Assembly (NCBI GenBank): GCA_964570185.1
Contig: CAZMXD010000003.1
Span: forward strand, 1-34,983
Length of the DNA: 34,983 nt
Source: an uncultured Nitrospina sp.
GTDB taxonomy: Bacteria > Nitrospinota > Nitrospinia > Nitrospinales > VA-1
Reading direction: 5' to 3'
Shown: positions 1 through 9,940 of the stretch, in pieces
How the letters are laid out: every line of letters begins with the position of its first letter
Numbering within the stretch: the first letter of the stretch is position 1
Program-made: the position numbers and the translations under genes
The notes under the pieces: generated by a model
What the model was told of the DNA's origin: nothing
Database searches by the model: none
What the model saw: only the letters and a program-made list of their open reading frames with translations

Positions 1-1373
1 CCACGAAAGTTGTCAATTTCGCGAGAAAGTAAGTAAATCCGCATATCTTTTTCAATATCCTGAGAAAGAAAAAACTTTGTCAACAATGACTCATTAAACG
101 TCGAGGCAACTTCTGCAACAAAAATTGTGTAATCTGAATACAAATAAGGCTGGTTTTTTCTTGAATAAAGGGAATGCATGGAATGGCCAGCTTCGTGAGC
201 CAAGGTGTAAACACTATTAATATTATCCTCTTTATAGTTCATAAGAATAAACGGGTTTGAATCGTAGCAACCAGAAGAATAAGCGCCGCTTCTTTTCCCC
301 TTATTTTCGTAACGATCCGTCCATCTATCTTGCAAAAGACCTTTGCTCATCAGATCAGTATATTCTACGCCTAAAGGTTGCAGGGCTGTCTTGATTTTTT
401 CAACAGCGTCTTCATAAGGCATGTGCCATTTAATATTTTTGACTAGCGGCACAGAACAGTCATAGATATGAAGATCCTCAAGGTCTAACAAACGTTTTCT
501 TAAATTAAAATACTTATAAAGAGGCTTTAGGTTTTCATGGACTGATTCAATTAAATTATCATAAACCTCTGTATTAATATTTTCAGAAAATAGCGCTTTA
601 TCTCGATAACCCCCGTAATTTCTGGATCGCGAATAAAATAAATCTTTTTTCACGCTCGAGGAAAGCAAAGAAGAATAAGTAAAACGATGCGATTGATAAC
701 CCTTGTAATAAGTATGAAAGGCATCTTTTCTTAACCTGCGATTATAGCTTTGCATCAGACTCTGAAAATTACCATGAGTTAAAGTTATTCGCTCACCACT
801 TTCACCCTCTATTTCTCCAAGTTGCAGATCTGCATTATCTAACATATCAAATGCATCCCTCGCGGCCCTCCCCATTTCTCCGGATGCCGCAAGAAGTTTT
901 TCTTCCTTATCTGTCAAGGTGTGTTCGCGATAACGTAAAATCTGCTCAAGGTGAAATTTATAAAATAGCATGTCCTTCTCTTTTAAAAACCCTGATATTT
1001 TCTCTTGCGAAATATCCATGATCTCGGGACGTATAAAGCTCGATGCGCTGCCTGCTTCGTTGAGTAGTCTCATCACCTTTTCAAAATTTTTCTGGTAAAA
1101 ACTATTGGTTTTATCTTCGTCATTTTTCAAATGCGCAAAGGTATATAGTTTTTCAATCCGTCTCGAAAAACTTATATCAAACTCAATACATTCTTTAAGC
1201 TTTAAATACGATTGTGAAAGCGTACCTTGAAAACTGGCATATTGCGATAAATCGGCTTCTAATAAATTAAAATCATTTTCCCAATCTTCGTTAGATGGAT
1301 AAAGCCCTGACAAATCCCACTGGGATTGTTCGGGAATCTCATCTCGTGTCAGAGTATCTGTTTTAGCATCCAT
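1..1373 (-). CDS. pepF: Oligoendopeptidase F (M3B metallopeptidase), N-terminal ~457 codons; gene runs off the left edge
   Basis: Absent from the ORF track because it is open at the window edge. Hand translation of the minus strand from ATG (1373-1371) gives MDAKTDTLTRDEIPEQSQWDLSGLYPSNEDWENDF... Near the edge it reads ...NSVYTLAHEAGHSMHSLYS (HEAGH zinc motif encoded about 174-200). No in-frame stop down to position 1. Confidence 0.8.
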   Translation of the reverse strand, partial: MDAKTDTLTRDEIPEQSQWDLSGLYPSNEDWENDFNLLEADLSQYASFQGTLSQSYLKLKECIEFDISFSRRIEKLYTFAHLKNDEDKTNSFYQKNFEKVMRLLNEAGSASSFIRPEIMDISQEKISGFLKEKDMLFYKFHLEQILRYREHTLTDKEEKLLAASGEMGRAARDAFDMLDNADLQLGEIEGESGERITLTHGNFQSLMQSYNRRLRKDAFHTYYKGYQSHRFTYSSLLSSSVKKDLFYSRSRNYGGYRDKALFSENINTEVYDNLIESVHENLKPLYKYFNLRKRLLDLEDLHIYDCSVPLVKNIKWHMPYEDAVEKIKTALQPLGVEYTDLMSKGLLQDRWTDRYENKGKRSGAYSSGCYDSNPFILMNYKEDNINSVYTLAHEAGHSMHSLYSRKNQPYLYSDYTIFVAEVASTFNESLLTKFFLSQDIEKDMRIYLLSREIDNFR

Positions 1374-1415
1374 AAGATTTGGAAAGGCGAGGGAAGTTCA
1401 GTTCCCATTGGGAGG

Positions 1416-4067
1416 TTAACATAAAGCTTGTTCTATAGTTTTCAAATGAATTTGAAGCTTTGCCTGCTTTTCAGAAAGAGCTGTCTTCCTTTGTTCATCT
1501 TTTTCGATAACTTCAGCAGGCGCTTTCTTTACGAAATTCGGGTTGGATAGTTTCTTACTTAGAAATATGAGGTCTTTTTCAATTTTTTTCAACTCTTTTT
1601 CTACCCGATTATGTTCTTCTTGAAAATCCATCATCCCTTCGAGTGGAATAATCAGGTCCATACCGCCTAAAACCGAAGAGGCGGATACCTTGGGTTTTTC
1701 GATATTTGGACCCGTTTCTAACTCCTCAACACGGGCTAATTCCTTTATATACAAGCTCTGATCTTGTAAAGTTTTTTGTATTTCATCGTTCTGGGTCTTA
1801 ACTAAAACCTTTAATTTTAATCCAGGGTTTAGATTCATCTCGCCACGAATATTTCGAATTCCCGTAATGACTTCCATTACTAATGTCATTTCTTTTTCTA
1901 CAAATTCATGAATATGCGATTTCCTAAACTCAGGAAACGCACTAACCATAATACTCTCTCCATCCTGAGGCAACTTTTGCCAAATCTCTTCTGTAATAAA
2001 TGGCATAAACGGATGCAAAAGCTTAAGCGCAGAATCTAGAACATGTATCAACACATTTTGTGCGGCAATCCTTTCAGGCCCAGGATTTGACAATTTAGAT
2101 TTAGCAAGCTCTATATACCAGTCGCAATATTCGTTCCAAATAAATTTATAAATAGTCAAAGCAACTTCATTAAAGCGAAATGCTTCAAGGGATTCATTTA
2201 CCTCTTTCGTTGCCCGGTTTAACCGACTCAAAATCCAGCGATCAGCCGTGGAAAAACTGGCTTTTTCATCCAGTAAGCACGAGCCTTTATAATCATCCAG
2301 ATTCATGAAAACAAATCGCGAGGCATTCCAAAGTTTATTACAGAAGTTGCGATAACCTTCGATACGATCCTCAGCCAATTTGATGTCTCTTCCCTGTGCC
2401 GCAAAAGCCGCAAGAGTGAAACGTAAAGCATCCGTTCCGTATTGCTCCATCACTTCCAAAGGATCAATCACATTGCCTTTCGTCTTACTCATTTTCTGTC
2501 CTTCTGCATCGCGTATTAGGGCATGAATATAAACATCGCGAAAGGGGACTTCACCCATAAACTTGATACCCATCATGATCATTCGCGCAACCCAGAAAAA
2601 AAGGATATCGAATCCAGTGCAAAGAACCGATGTCGGATAAAAATATTGCAGGCTTTCCGTTTTTTCCGGCCAACCTAAAGTCGAAAAAGGCCAGAGAGCA
2701 GAACTGAACCAAGTGTCTAACACATCCGTTTCCTGAATCAAGTTTTTTGATGCACAATACGAGCAAGAATCAGGGGCTTCCCTTGCCACCACTATTTCAC
2801 CACAAGTTTGGCAATTCCAAGCTGGAATCTGATGTCCCCACCAAATTTGCCGAGAAATACACCAGTCGCGTATATTTTCCATCCATTCAAAATAGGTATT
2901 TTCCCAAAACTTCGGAACAATTTTTATGCTGCCATCTCGCACCGCTTTCATAGCAGGCTCGGCGAGAGGCTTAGCTTTCACAAACCATTGCTTAGATAAA
3001 TAAGGCTCTACCACTGTTCGACATCGATAGCAATGGCCCACGGAATGGTTTAAATCTTCAATTTTTACCAGTACCCCAGAATCTTTTAAATCACCAACTA
3101 ATTTTTTTCTGCATTCAAACCTGTCCATACCCTCATAAGTAGAACCAGCTAGGGAATTCATAGATCCATCGGGGTTCATAACATTTATAGTTTCCAACTG
3201 ATGTCGTTTTCCTAATTCAAAGTCGTTTGGGTCATGGGCAGGCGTCACTTTCAGCGCACCAGTACCAAAAGTTGTATCCACATAGTTATCTTCGATCAAT
3301 GGGATTTCACGATTCAAAATAGGTAGGACAAGATTTGCGCCTTTAAACTGATGATAGCGCTCATCACTAGGGTTCACTGCAACTGCTGTATCGCCCAACA
3401 TAGTTTCGGGTCGCGTAGTGGCTATAATTAGAAAAGCTTCACTCTCTTTAAAAGGATATCTTAAATGATATAAATGCCCTGGCTCTTCTTTATGTTCTAC
3501 TTCCAAGTCAGAAAGCGCAGTATGGCAACGCGGACACCAGTTGATAATATAGTCGCCCTTATAAATAAGACCTTCTTCATATAAAGTAACGAAAACTTCC
3601 CGAACCGCTTTCGACAAACCCTCATCCATTGTAAAACGGTCGCGCTCCCAGTCCAACGAGCACCCGAGTTTTTGCAATTGCTTATTGATAGTACCGCCAA
3701 ATTCATCTTTCCATTCCCAAATACGTTCGATAAAGGGTTGCCGACCTAGCTCCTGCCTGTTGGTTCCTTCTTGGTGTAGTTGCCTTTCGACTACATTCTG
3801 AGTAGCAATTCCAGCATGATCAGTACCTGGCTGCCACAAAGCATTAAAACCTTGCATTCTTTTCCAACGAATAAGGATGTCTTGAAGGGTGTTATTGAAA
3901 GCATGACCGATATGCAACCGGCCGGTAATATTGGGCGGGGGAATGACTATTGAAAAAGCAGGACACTTCCTGGTTTCATCTGCATGGAAAAAATTCTTTT
4001 CTTCCCAAAATCGCCCCCAGCGTTTTTCCACTTCACTGGGTTCGTATTGTTTATCTAATTGAATCAT
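1416..4067 (-). CDS. valS: Valine--tRNA ligase
   Basis: 883-aa ORF with class I aaRS motifs PPPNITGRLHIGH (HIGH) and KMSKTKGN (KMSKS). Has a CP1 editing-domain-sized insert and the C-terminal coiled coil typical of ValRS. Confidence 0.95.
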   Translation of the reverse strand: MIQLDKQYEPSEVEKRWGRFWEEKNFFHADETRKCPAFSIVIPPPNITGRLHIGHAFNNTLQDILIRWKRMQGFNALWQPGTDHAGIATQNVVERQLHQEGTNRQELGRQPFIERIWEWKDEFGGTINKQLQKLGCSLDWERDRFTMDEGLSKAVREVFVTLYEEGLIYKGDYIINWCPRCHTALSDLEVEHKEEPGHLYHLRYPFKESEAFLIIATTRPETMLGDTAVAVNPSDERYHQFKGANLVLPILNREIPLIEDNYVDTTFGTGALKVTPAHDPNDFELGKRHQLETINVMNPDGSMNSLAGSTYEGMDRFECRKKLVGDLKDSGVLVKIEDLNHSVGHCYRCRTVVEPYLSKQWFVKAKPLAEPAMKAVRDGSIKIVPKFWENTYFEWMENIRDWCISRQIWWGHQIPAWNCQTCGEIVVAREAPDSCSYCASKNLIQETDVLDTWFSSALWPFSTLGWPEKTESLQYFYPTSVLCTGFDILFFWVARMIMMGIKFMGEVPFRDVYIHALIRDAEGQKMSKTKGNVIDPLEVMEQYGTDALRFTLAAFAAQGRDIKLAEDRIEGYRNFCNKLWNASRFVFMNLDDYKGSCLLDEKASFSTADRWILSRLNRATKEVNESLEAFRFNEVALTIYKFIWNEYCDWYIELAKSKLSNPGPERIAAQNVLIHVLDSALKLLHPFMPFITEEIWQKLPQDGESIMVSAFPEFRKSHIHEFVEKEMTLVMEVITGIRNIRGEMNLNPGLKLKVLVKTQNDEIQKTLQDQSLYIKELARVEELETGPNIEKPKVSASSVLGGMDLIIPLEGMMDFQEEHNRVEKELKKIEKDLIFLSKKLSNPNFVKKAPAEVIEKDEQRKTALSEKQAKLQIHLKTIEQALC

Positions 4068-4202
4068 TAAAAAATCACTTGCAACAGAAAACCTGGAAGT
4101 CCATTCTGATCGTGGAAAATATATCCTGTCATTCCGAAGGGAGCTAAAAATTAATTTACGGGAGAGAGCTTTTTACCAAAAAATTACAAATAAAGAAAGA
4201 GA

Positions 4203-5417
4203 TTAACTTCGTTTAATTTTGTCAATTTCTTCGCGAATCACGGATCGGGCAATATCTGGAACCATTTCTCTAACAACCTCTCTAACAATTTTTATAATTA
4301 TTGCTGACATCCCAGAAACCTCTTTCTGCAACGAAGTATCCAACGATTTTTCCAGAATTTGACAAACCTGCTCTCCGGTAACCTGAATAAAACGATCATT
4401 ATTTTCAAAGTCCATTTCCTTAAAATGTGAATCCTTATAACGGGCTGAACCAAGGGAGGACGGGTCGGTCATGGAATTAATATTTTCTTGAATTTCATCA
4501 GCAGTATGAGGACGTCTTTCTTTATTAGAAAAAGCACTTGGAGCCATTCTTTCTAGAAGATCTTCTGGCTCCGGAACAATGCTTTGTAAATTCGATATCT
4601 CTGATTCTTTCATTTCGGAATTAGCCGCCATTTTTGATTCCCCAGCCACAATTTCTTTAAAAGCCGAATCTAGATCCTCGAGGTTCTCCGCCTTTCTGTC
4701 CTGCACCTCTGCATAAACTTCAAAGTCATCCTCAAAACTTTGTTCTTCTTTCACATTCTCTTCGGCTTCAAAAGCAGGTTGAGCAACCTCCCTTTCCTTG
4801 TGAAATTCAACCGCTTGAATCGTCTGTTCCAACATATCTGTTTCGGGGACAACAGGCTCTTCCTTCACTATTTCGTCTTTTTCCTGCATAAAGCTATCCG
4901 TTTTTTCTGTCAAATCATTCATCTCGGTGGAGTCGACAGAGAGTTTTTCAACAGATTCCAACAACTCTTCAAGGCTGGGTTCTTCATCTAATTCCTCATC
5001 TTCATCAGGAATCCTTTCAGACAGAGCAGGTTCATTTTCGTCAGTAGTATCGTCTTCCATGACCCTTGTTACCATTTGAACTATATTATCGGATTTGAAA
5101 GGTTTGGAAATATGATTTTCTGCCAAGCATTCCTTAAACCGTACTTCGTCAAAATCTTCAAAGTCACTGGCAAGAAGCAGTACTTTTATACTTGCCAGAT
5201 CAGGAGAACTTTTTATTTTCTTGCTCAACTCGAATCCAGTGAGCCCGGGCATATCAACATCCGCCAAAACTATATCTGGTTTAAAATATGGAATTTTATC
5301 AAAAGCCTCTTGCCCATTTCCTATACCTTCTACTTCTACATCCTCATTTGCAAAAGCCATTGCAACAATTTTCTGAATCGTAATACTATCGTCAGCAACT
5401 AGAATTCTTAGTGCCAT
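4203..5417 (-). CDS. Response-regulator receiver protein with long acidic linker and short conserved C-terminal helical segment
   Basis: N-terminus MALRILVADDSITIQK...DIVLADVDMPGLTGFEL...KPF is a CheY-like receiver. Roughly residues 120-330 are extremely Glu/Asp rich. The C-terminus reads ...IVREVVREMVPDIARSVIREEIDKIK. No recognisable DNA-binding output domain. Confidence 0.8.
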   Translation of the reverse strand: MALRILVADDSITIQKIVAMAFANEDVEVEGIGNGQEAFDKIPYFKPDIVLADVDMPGLTGFELSKKIKSSPDLASIKVLLLASDFEDFDEVRFKECLAENHISKPFKSDNIVQMVTRVMEDDTTDENEPALSERIPDEDEELDEEPSLEELLESVEKLSVDSTEMNDLTEKTDSFMQEKDEIVKEEPVVPETDMLEQTIQAVEFHKEREVAQPAFEAEENVKEEQSFEDDFEVYAEVQDRKAENLEDLDSAFKEIVAGESKMAANSEMKESEISNLQSIVPEPEDLLERMAPSAFSNKERRPHTADEIQENINSMTDPSSLGSARYKDSHFKEMDFENNDRFIQVTGEQVCQILEKSLDTSLQKEVSGMSAIIIKIVREVVREMVPDIARSVIREEIDKIKRS

Positions 5418-5836
5418 AAATACTTACCTTAAGATTTTTAGAAGTGATGAAACTAACTGCTTTCTAGCAAGATAAACCCACATAACTTCGGTCTGCTAAC
5501 AGCATATATGCAATAGGAACTGTAACATCTATAGAATTAATGTTCATCGACCTGCAGAGTCCAGCGTCAAGGGAGGAGCATTTGTCTGGGGCGATTGCAA
5601 AGCCCTAATATATAGAACCAGTGCCCAGTTTATTATTTTTTGCCCGTCAACTGCAAATTTTAATTCGCTAAGTAGTGCGATCTCAACAATTTAATTATAT
5701 CATATTTTCAAAGAACATAATAAAATTAAAGACTGGAAATTCAAACGGTTAATTACCATTTCGAAGATTAAAAAAAATCTATTATCGGAAAACCTTAATT
5801 TTAAAAATTTGTCGTTGCTTAGGAGAAACCTTCGCC

Positions 5837-7834
5837 TTGATTCTTTTTTATCTGGGTAGACATTCGAAATTTTCTCATTGGAGTGCATTTTTTATTTTCT
5901 GGATTTTTCTGGCATTCCCCTTTCCCTCTTTTGCCCTTTATCTTCAACTCGATACAATCGTTGATGTAAAAACTAATTTCAGCGACGGTTGTGCCTCGAT
6001 AAAAGATATTGGAAATCAATCTGAAAGACTAGGAATTGACGCTGTCATTTTTGGTGACTATGCCAGAAATTCCATTGAATTCGGAGTCAAACCCTTTGAG
6101 CGTGTTTTTAAAAAAACTACGGAAGGACCTTCAGTACTTGAACGCGGTGCTTCTGGATTTATTTCTGAAATCAATGATAACGATCGTCAGATAAAAAAAA
6201 CACTTTTAATACCAGGAGTCGAAACCTCCCCTTTTTATTATTGGAGCGGTAGTAATTTTGACAAAAACCTTACGGCCCATAATTGGGATAAACATCTGCT
6301 TATTGTAGGATTGCGCGCAGCATCTGAATATGAACAGTTGCCTCTCCAAAACAGTAATTTTTCCTTAAATTATACCGAACCACTATTAAACCAATTCATC
6401 ATATTGGGATTCTTGTGCATGATGGCTTTGGGTGCCGTTTACAAAGGATACGCCAGATTAATTACAGTTCCCATGATGATTTTATTTGTCTTATTAACCA
6501 TCAACAACCATCCTTTTCGAAGCACTCCTTTCGATGCTTATAACGGTGATCAGGGGCTAAAGCCTTATCAAAATCTGATTGATTACGCCAACTCGAAAGA
6601 GGCATTGGTGTTCTGGAATCATATGGAAAACACTTCTGGTATTCGTCAATATGGGAGTGTAAATTTAGAAACGCTTCCCTATCCTGACGACTTACTGAAA
6701 ACAAAAAACTATACAGGGTTTCAAGTGGTCGGAGATAACCCGATTCAACAGGCTGAAGCAGGACAACAATGGGATAAGGTGCTTATGGAATATATTCAAG
6801 GTCAGCGTAATCAACCAGTTTGGGGTTACGGAAGCAATGACTACCTTTGCGAGGAACAGAATGGCGATAAATTGGGCTCGGCAAAAACAATATTGCTTGT
6901 GCGCGAAAAAAATCGTGACGCTCTTTTAAATGCCATGAAAAAAGGCCGAATGTATGCGGTCCGACAATCTGATGACAATCGCCTGTCCCTCGATGAATTT
7001 ATTGTCGAAGACCAAAAAACTGGACAACACGCAACCCTTGGACAAGAACTGACATCCACCGATTTTCCCGCTGTAAAAATAAAACTCAGATCTCTCAAAG
7101 GTGGAAACAAAACTGCGCAAATCCAAATCATCCGGAATGGGGCGCTTGCTAAACAGGAGACGGTATCTTTACCCTACGAATTAACGTGGCGAGATGTAGG
7201 CAATCCAAAAGAGAAAAAAGCCTATTACCGAGTCAAGGCCTCGGTTAATTCAATGGATCACCTGGTATCTAATCCGATATTCGTGAAATTTTCTGATTCA
7301 CCAGGTGAAATAGTTGCATCCCTGCCTGAATCGACAGAGCAATTAGCACCCTCGCCTAATATGAGAATACCAGCTATATCTAAACCTTCCCCACCGCAAA
7401 ATATTCCTATCCAACCACCAACTATGCAAAAATTTTCTGGTACGAAGACCATGGACAAAACGGAAGTATCTGCGATTACAATGCCAGAGATTTCTACTCC
7501 CATCCACAAGCAACGAGTTGTTAATCCTCCCAAGCAACCCATTCCTCCTGATGAGATAATGACAAAAACTTCTCGCCAAAACGTGCGTTCCCCAGAAAAT
7601 TCAAAAAAGCTTTTAAAAGTAGTGGTAGATGGAGTTGCGCTTCGAAAAGGTCCCGGAACAGTTTTCCCAAAAATTATCAATTTGAATAAGGGAGCTGAAA
7701 TTGAGTTTGTTCGCCGCACCAATATTGAATTTAACAGTAAGAATTGGCTGGTTGTAAAACGCGGAAACCGTTCCGCGTACATTTGGGAAGGTGTCGTCCA
7801 ATGGGCTCATCCCTCCAAGAACACAAAAAAATAA
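5837..7834 (+). CDS. Membrane/secreted protein: degenerate PHP-like N-domain, two central TM helices, Pro-rich linker, C-terminal SH3b domain
   Basis: 665-aa ORF with TTG start 10 nt after AGGAGA and a signal-like N-terminus. The segment VDVKTNFSDG...GIDAVIFGDY resembles the PHP motif (HxH..SDG / TDH) with the histidines replaced. The C-terminal VVDGVALRKGPGTVFPKIINLNKGAEIEFVRR...NWLVVKRGNRSAYIWEGVV is SH3b-like. Confidence 0.6.
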   Translation: MILFYLGRHSKFSHWSAFFIFWIFLAFPFPSFALYLQLDTIVDVKTNFSDGCASIKDIGNQSERLGIDAVIFGDYARNSIEFGVKPFERVFKKTTEGPSVLERGASGFISEINDNDRQIKKTLLIPGVETSPFYYWSGSNFDKNLTAHNWDKHLLIVGLRAASEYEQLPLQNSNFSLNYTEPLLNQFIILGFLCMMALGAVYKGYARLITVPMMILFVLLTINNHPFRSTPFDAYNGDQGLKPYQNLIDYANSKEALVFWNHMENTSGIRQYGSVNLETLPYPDDLLKTKNYTGFQVVGDNPIQQAEAGQQWDKVLMEYIQGQRNQPVWGYGSNDYLCEEQNGDKLGSAKTILLVREKNRDALLNAMKKGRMYAVRQSDDNRLSLDEFIVEDQKTGQHATLGQELTSTDFPAVKIKLRSLKGGNKTAQIQIIRNGALAKQETVSLPYELTWRDVGNPKEKKAYYRVKASVNSMDHLVSNPIFVKFSDSPGEIVASLPESTEQLAPSPNMRIPAISKPSPPQNIPIQPPTMQKFSGTKTMDKTEVSAITMPEISTPIHKQRVVNPPKQPIPPDEIMTKTSRQNVRSPENSKKLLKVVVDGVALRKGPGTVFPKIINLNKGAEIEFVRRTNIEFNSKNWLVVKRGNRSAYIWEGVVQWAHPSKNTKK

Positions 7835-7860
7835 CGAAATCATTCTTTCCAACTCGACCT

Positions 7861-9852
7861 TTAATGTTTTTGAATCTGCTCAATAGAAATTGTTAGTTGA
7901 TCCCATTCTTTCATCAAAGCTTGTTCTGTTTTTTTAAGATCCCTCTGTTGTTTCATTGTTGCAATTAAACGATCTTTCTGATCCGCCTCATAAATAAGAG
8001 AATCGGCAAGTTTCGAATGTAGTTGTTCGTTTTCCATCATCAAAGCTTCCAAACGGCTCTCAACTTCTGCCAAACGTTTCTCTAGCGGCTTTAATTGTTT
8101 ATAGCGCAAGTTGCGTTCTTCTGCTTCATTCCGTTTTCTTTCCTTTACCAAAGAAGAAATGCCAGGAGTATTTTCTCCGATACCCTTCATCTTTTTTACT
8201 TCTGGCTTTTCCTTGATCTTAGCTTGCTCATATTCGCTATAGTTTCCGTCGTATTCCCTTACTTTCCCATCCATTATCTCCCAAACCCGATTAACAAAAC
8301 CGTCCAGAAAAAACCGGTCATGCGAGATGATCACCAGGCTTCCCTCATAATCAGCCAGCACTGCAGCGAGATGCTCACGAGAACGAATATCAAGATGGTT
8401 GGTCGGTTCGTCCAAAAATATCAAAGAGGGGGGTGCCGAAATATCGATATCCGCCGACAAGGAAACCTTATTATCCGATGCGGCATTACCGCAAAGCATT
8501 CTTGCCAAAGACAAACGAGATTTTTCTCCTCCCGACAATATTGAAACTTTTTTTTCCACATCATCTCCTGAAAACAAAAATGCGCCTAGAATATTTCTTT
8601 GCTGGGTTCGTAATAAGCCCGGAGCCGACTCCTGCAACGATTCTAAAACAGTATGATTGAAATTTAGTGTTTCTTCTTGGTGCTGTGCGAAATAAGATCG
8701 ACGCACTTTAACACCTAACTTCACCTCTCCGCTATCCGGCATAAGTACTCCCGCCATCATTTTTAATAACGTTGATTTTCCAGCTCCATTTTCCCCTGTC
8801 AAAGCTACTTTCCACCCCCGTTCTAAAGTTACCGAAAAATTTTCATAAATCTTCAAAGCATCGTAACTTTTATTGACCTTTTGCAATTCCAAAACCATTC
8901 GTCCGGTTCTAACAGGTTGAGGAAACCGAAAATGGATGGCTTGACTATTTTGTTCTATAGTTTGAACCCTCTCCATCTTATCCAGCATTTTGATGCGGCT
9001 TTGCACCTGAGCCGCTTTCGTGTTTTTGGCTCGGAACCTTTCAATGAACCGCTCTACTTCTGAAATCCGTCGCTTCTGGTTTGCCGCTTCAGATTCTAAT
9101 TGTTCTTGTTTTTCTTTTTTTAATCTTTCATAGTCATCATAATTCCCAGAATAAACCGTGAGAGTTCCATGATCCAATTCAAAAATACGTGTGGTTAAAG
9201 TATTTAGAAATTTTCTGTCGTGGGAAATTAAGAGGACACTGCCTTCATAAGAAAGAAGAAAAGATTCAAGCCAGATTACCGACTGTAAATCAAGATGATT
9301 AGAGGGTTCATCAAGGAGAAGGATATCCGGACTTTGAAGTAAAATTCGGGATAATTCCACCCGCATTCGCCAGCCTCCGGATAGCTGATCCAAGGATTTA
9401 GCCCACTCGCCAGGTTTAAACCCCAATCCCTGTAAAATTATTTTTGCTCGCGTTTCCCGATCATAACCGCCTAGCCGTTCAAACTCATGCTGTAATTCGC
9501 CATACCGGTCTTGAAAATTCTGATCGGCTTCCAACTTTTCCATTTCTTTTTTTAGCAGCATGAAATAGGGGTCTCCAAAAATTACTCTTTCCAGCAGAGT
9601 CTCTTTGCCTCCCGTATAATCCTGTTCTAACAAACCATAACGCAAACCTTTCCTTAAAGTAACTTGTCCGGAATCAATGCTTTCCTTTCCAACAATGACT
9701 TTGAATAAGGTGGTCTTTCCGGTACCATTTTCGCCTATCAAACCGACTTTTTCCTTCGGTCGCAAATGAAAACTCACATCCCGGAAAACAATTTTTGAGC
9801 CAAACTGTTTATTTAATTTTTCAACAAAAACCAAGTGTTGTCCTCGATGCAA
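7861..9852 (-). CDS. ABC-F family ATPase (Uup-like, with C-terminal coiled-coil extension)
   Basis: Two ABC cassettes: Walker A GENGTGKTT and GENGAGKST, signatures LSGGWRMR and LSGGEKSR, Walker B LLLDEPSNHLD and LIFLDEPTNHLD. No TM domain. Lys/Glu-rich C-terminal tail. The start codon is uncertain (TTG at 9852 or a downstream codon). Confidence 0.9.
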   Translation of the reverse strand: MHRGQHLVFVEKLNKQFGSKIVFRDVSFHLRPKEKVGLIGENGTGKTTLFKVIVGKESIDSGQVTLRKGLRYGLLEQDYTGGKETLLERVIFGDPYFMLLKKEMEKLEADQNFQDRYGELQHEFERLGGYDRETRAKIILQGLGFKPGEWAKSLDQLSGGWRMRVELSRILLQSPDILLLDEPSNHLDLQSVIWLESFLLSYEGSVLLISHDRKFLNTLTTRIFELDHGTLTVYSGNYDDYERLKKEKQEQLESEAANQKRRISEVERFIERFRAKNTKAAQVQSRIKMLDKMERVQTIEQNSQAIHFRFPQPVRTGRMVLELQKVNKSYDALKIYENFSVTLERGWKVALTGENGAGKSTLLKMMAGVLMPDSGEVKLGVKVRRSYFAQHQEETLNFNHTVLESLQESAPGLLRTQQRNILGAFLFSGDDVEKKVSILSGGEKSRLSLARMLCGNAASDNKVSLSADIDISAPPSLIFLDEPTNHLDIRSREHLAAVLADYEGSLVIISHDRFFLDGFVNRVWEIMDGKVREYDGNYSEYEQAKIKEKPEVKKMKGIGENTPGISSLVKERKRNEAEERNLRYKQLKPLEKRLAEVESRLEALMMENEQLHSKLADSLIYEADQKDRLIATMKQQRDLKKTEQALMKEWDQLTISIEQIQKH

Positions 9853-9940
9853 TGGGATTTCTTATTTCTGAGCTAATAATATTGCGGTTCTATGAGATTT
9901 AGAAAAGCCCCAGTTTAAAAACCAACCTTTTCGAATTTCT

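Noticed and set aside
7258-7782. 174-aa minus-strand ORF (and 7343..7579, 7613..7852) inside the PHP-like/SH3b gene
   Set aside because: It lies antisense to the Pro-rich region of a much longer, better-supported ORF. Its composition (Gly/Ile/Ser runs mirroring Pro codons) marks it as a shadow ORF.
8095-8544. 149-aa plus-strand ORF and other 60-125-aa ORFs antisense to valS, the ABC-F gene, NIF3, the DedA fusion, leuC and others
   Set aside because: All are nested inside longer ORFs with clear family motifs on the opposite strand. None has an RBS or a recognisable motif.
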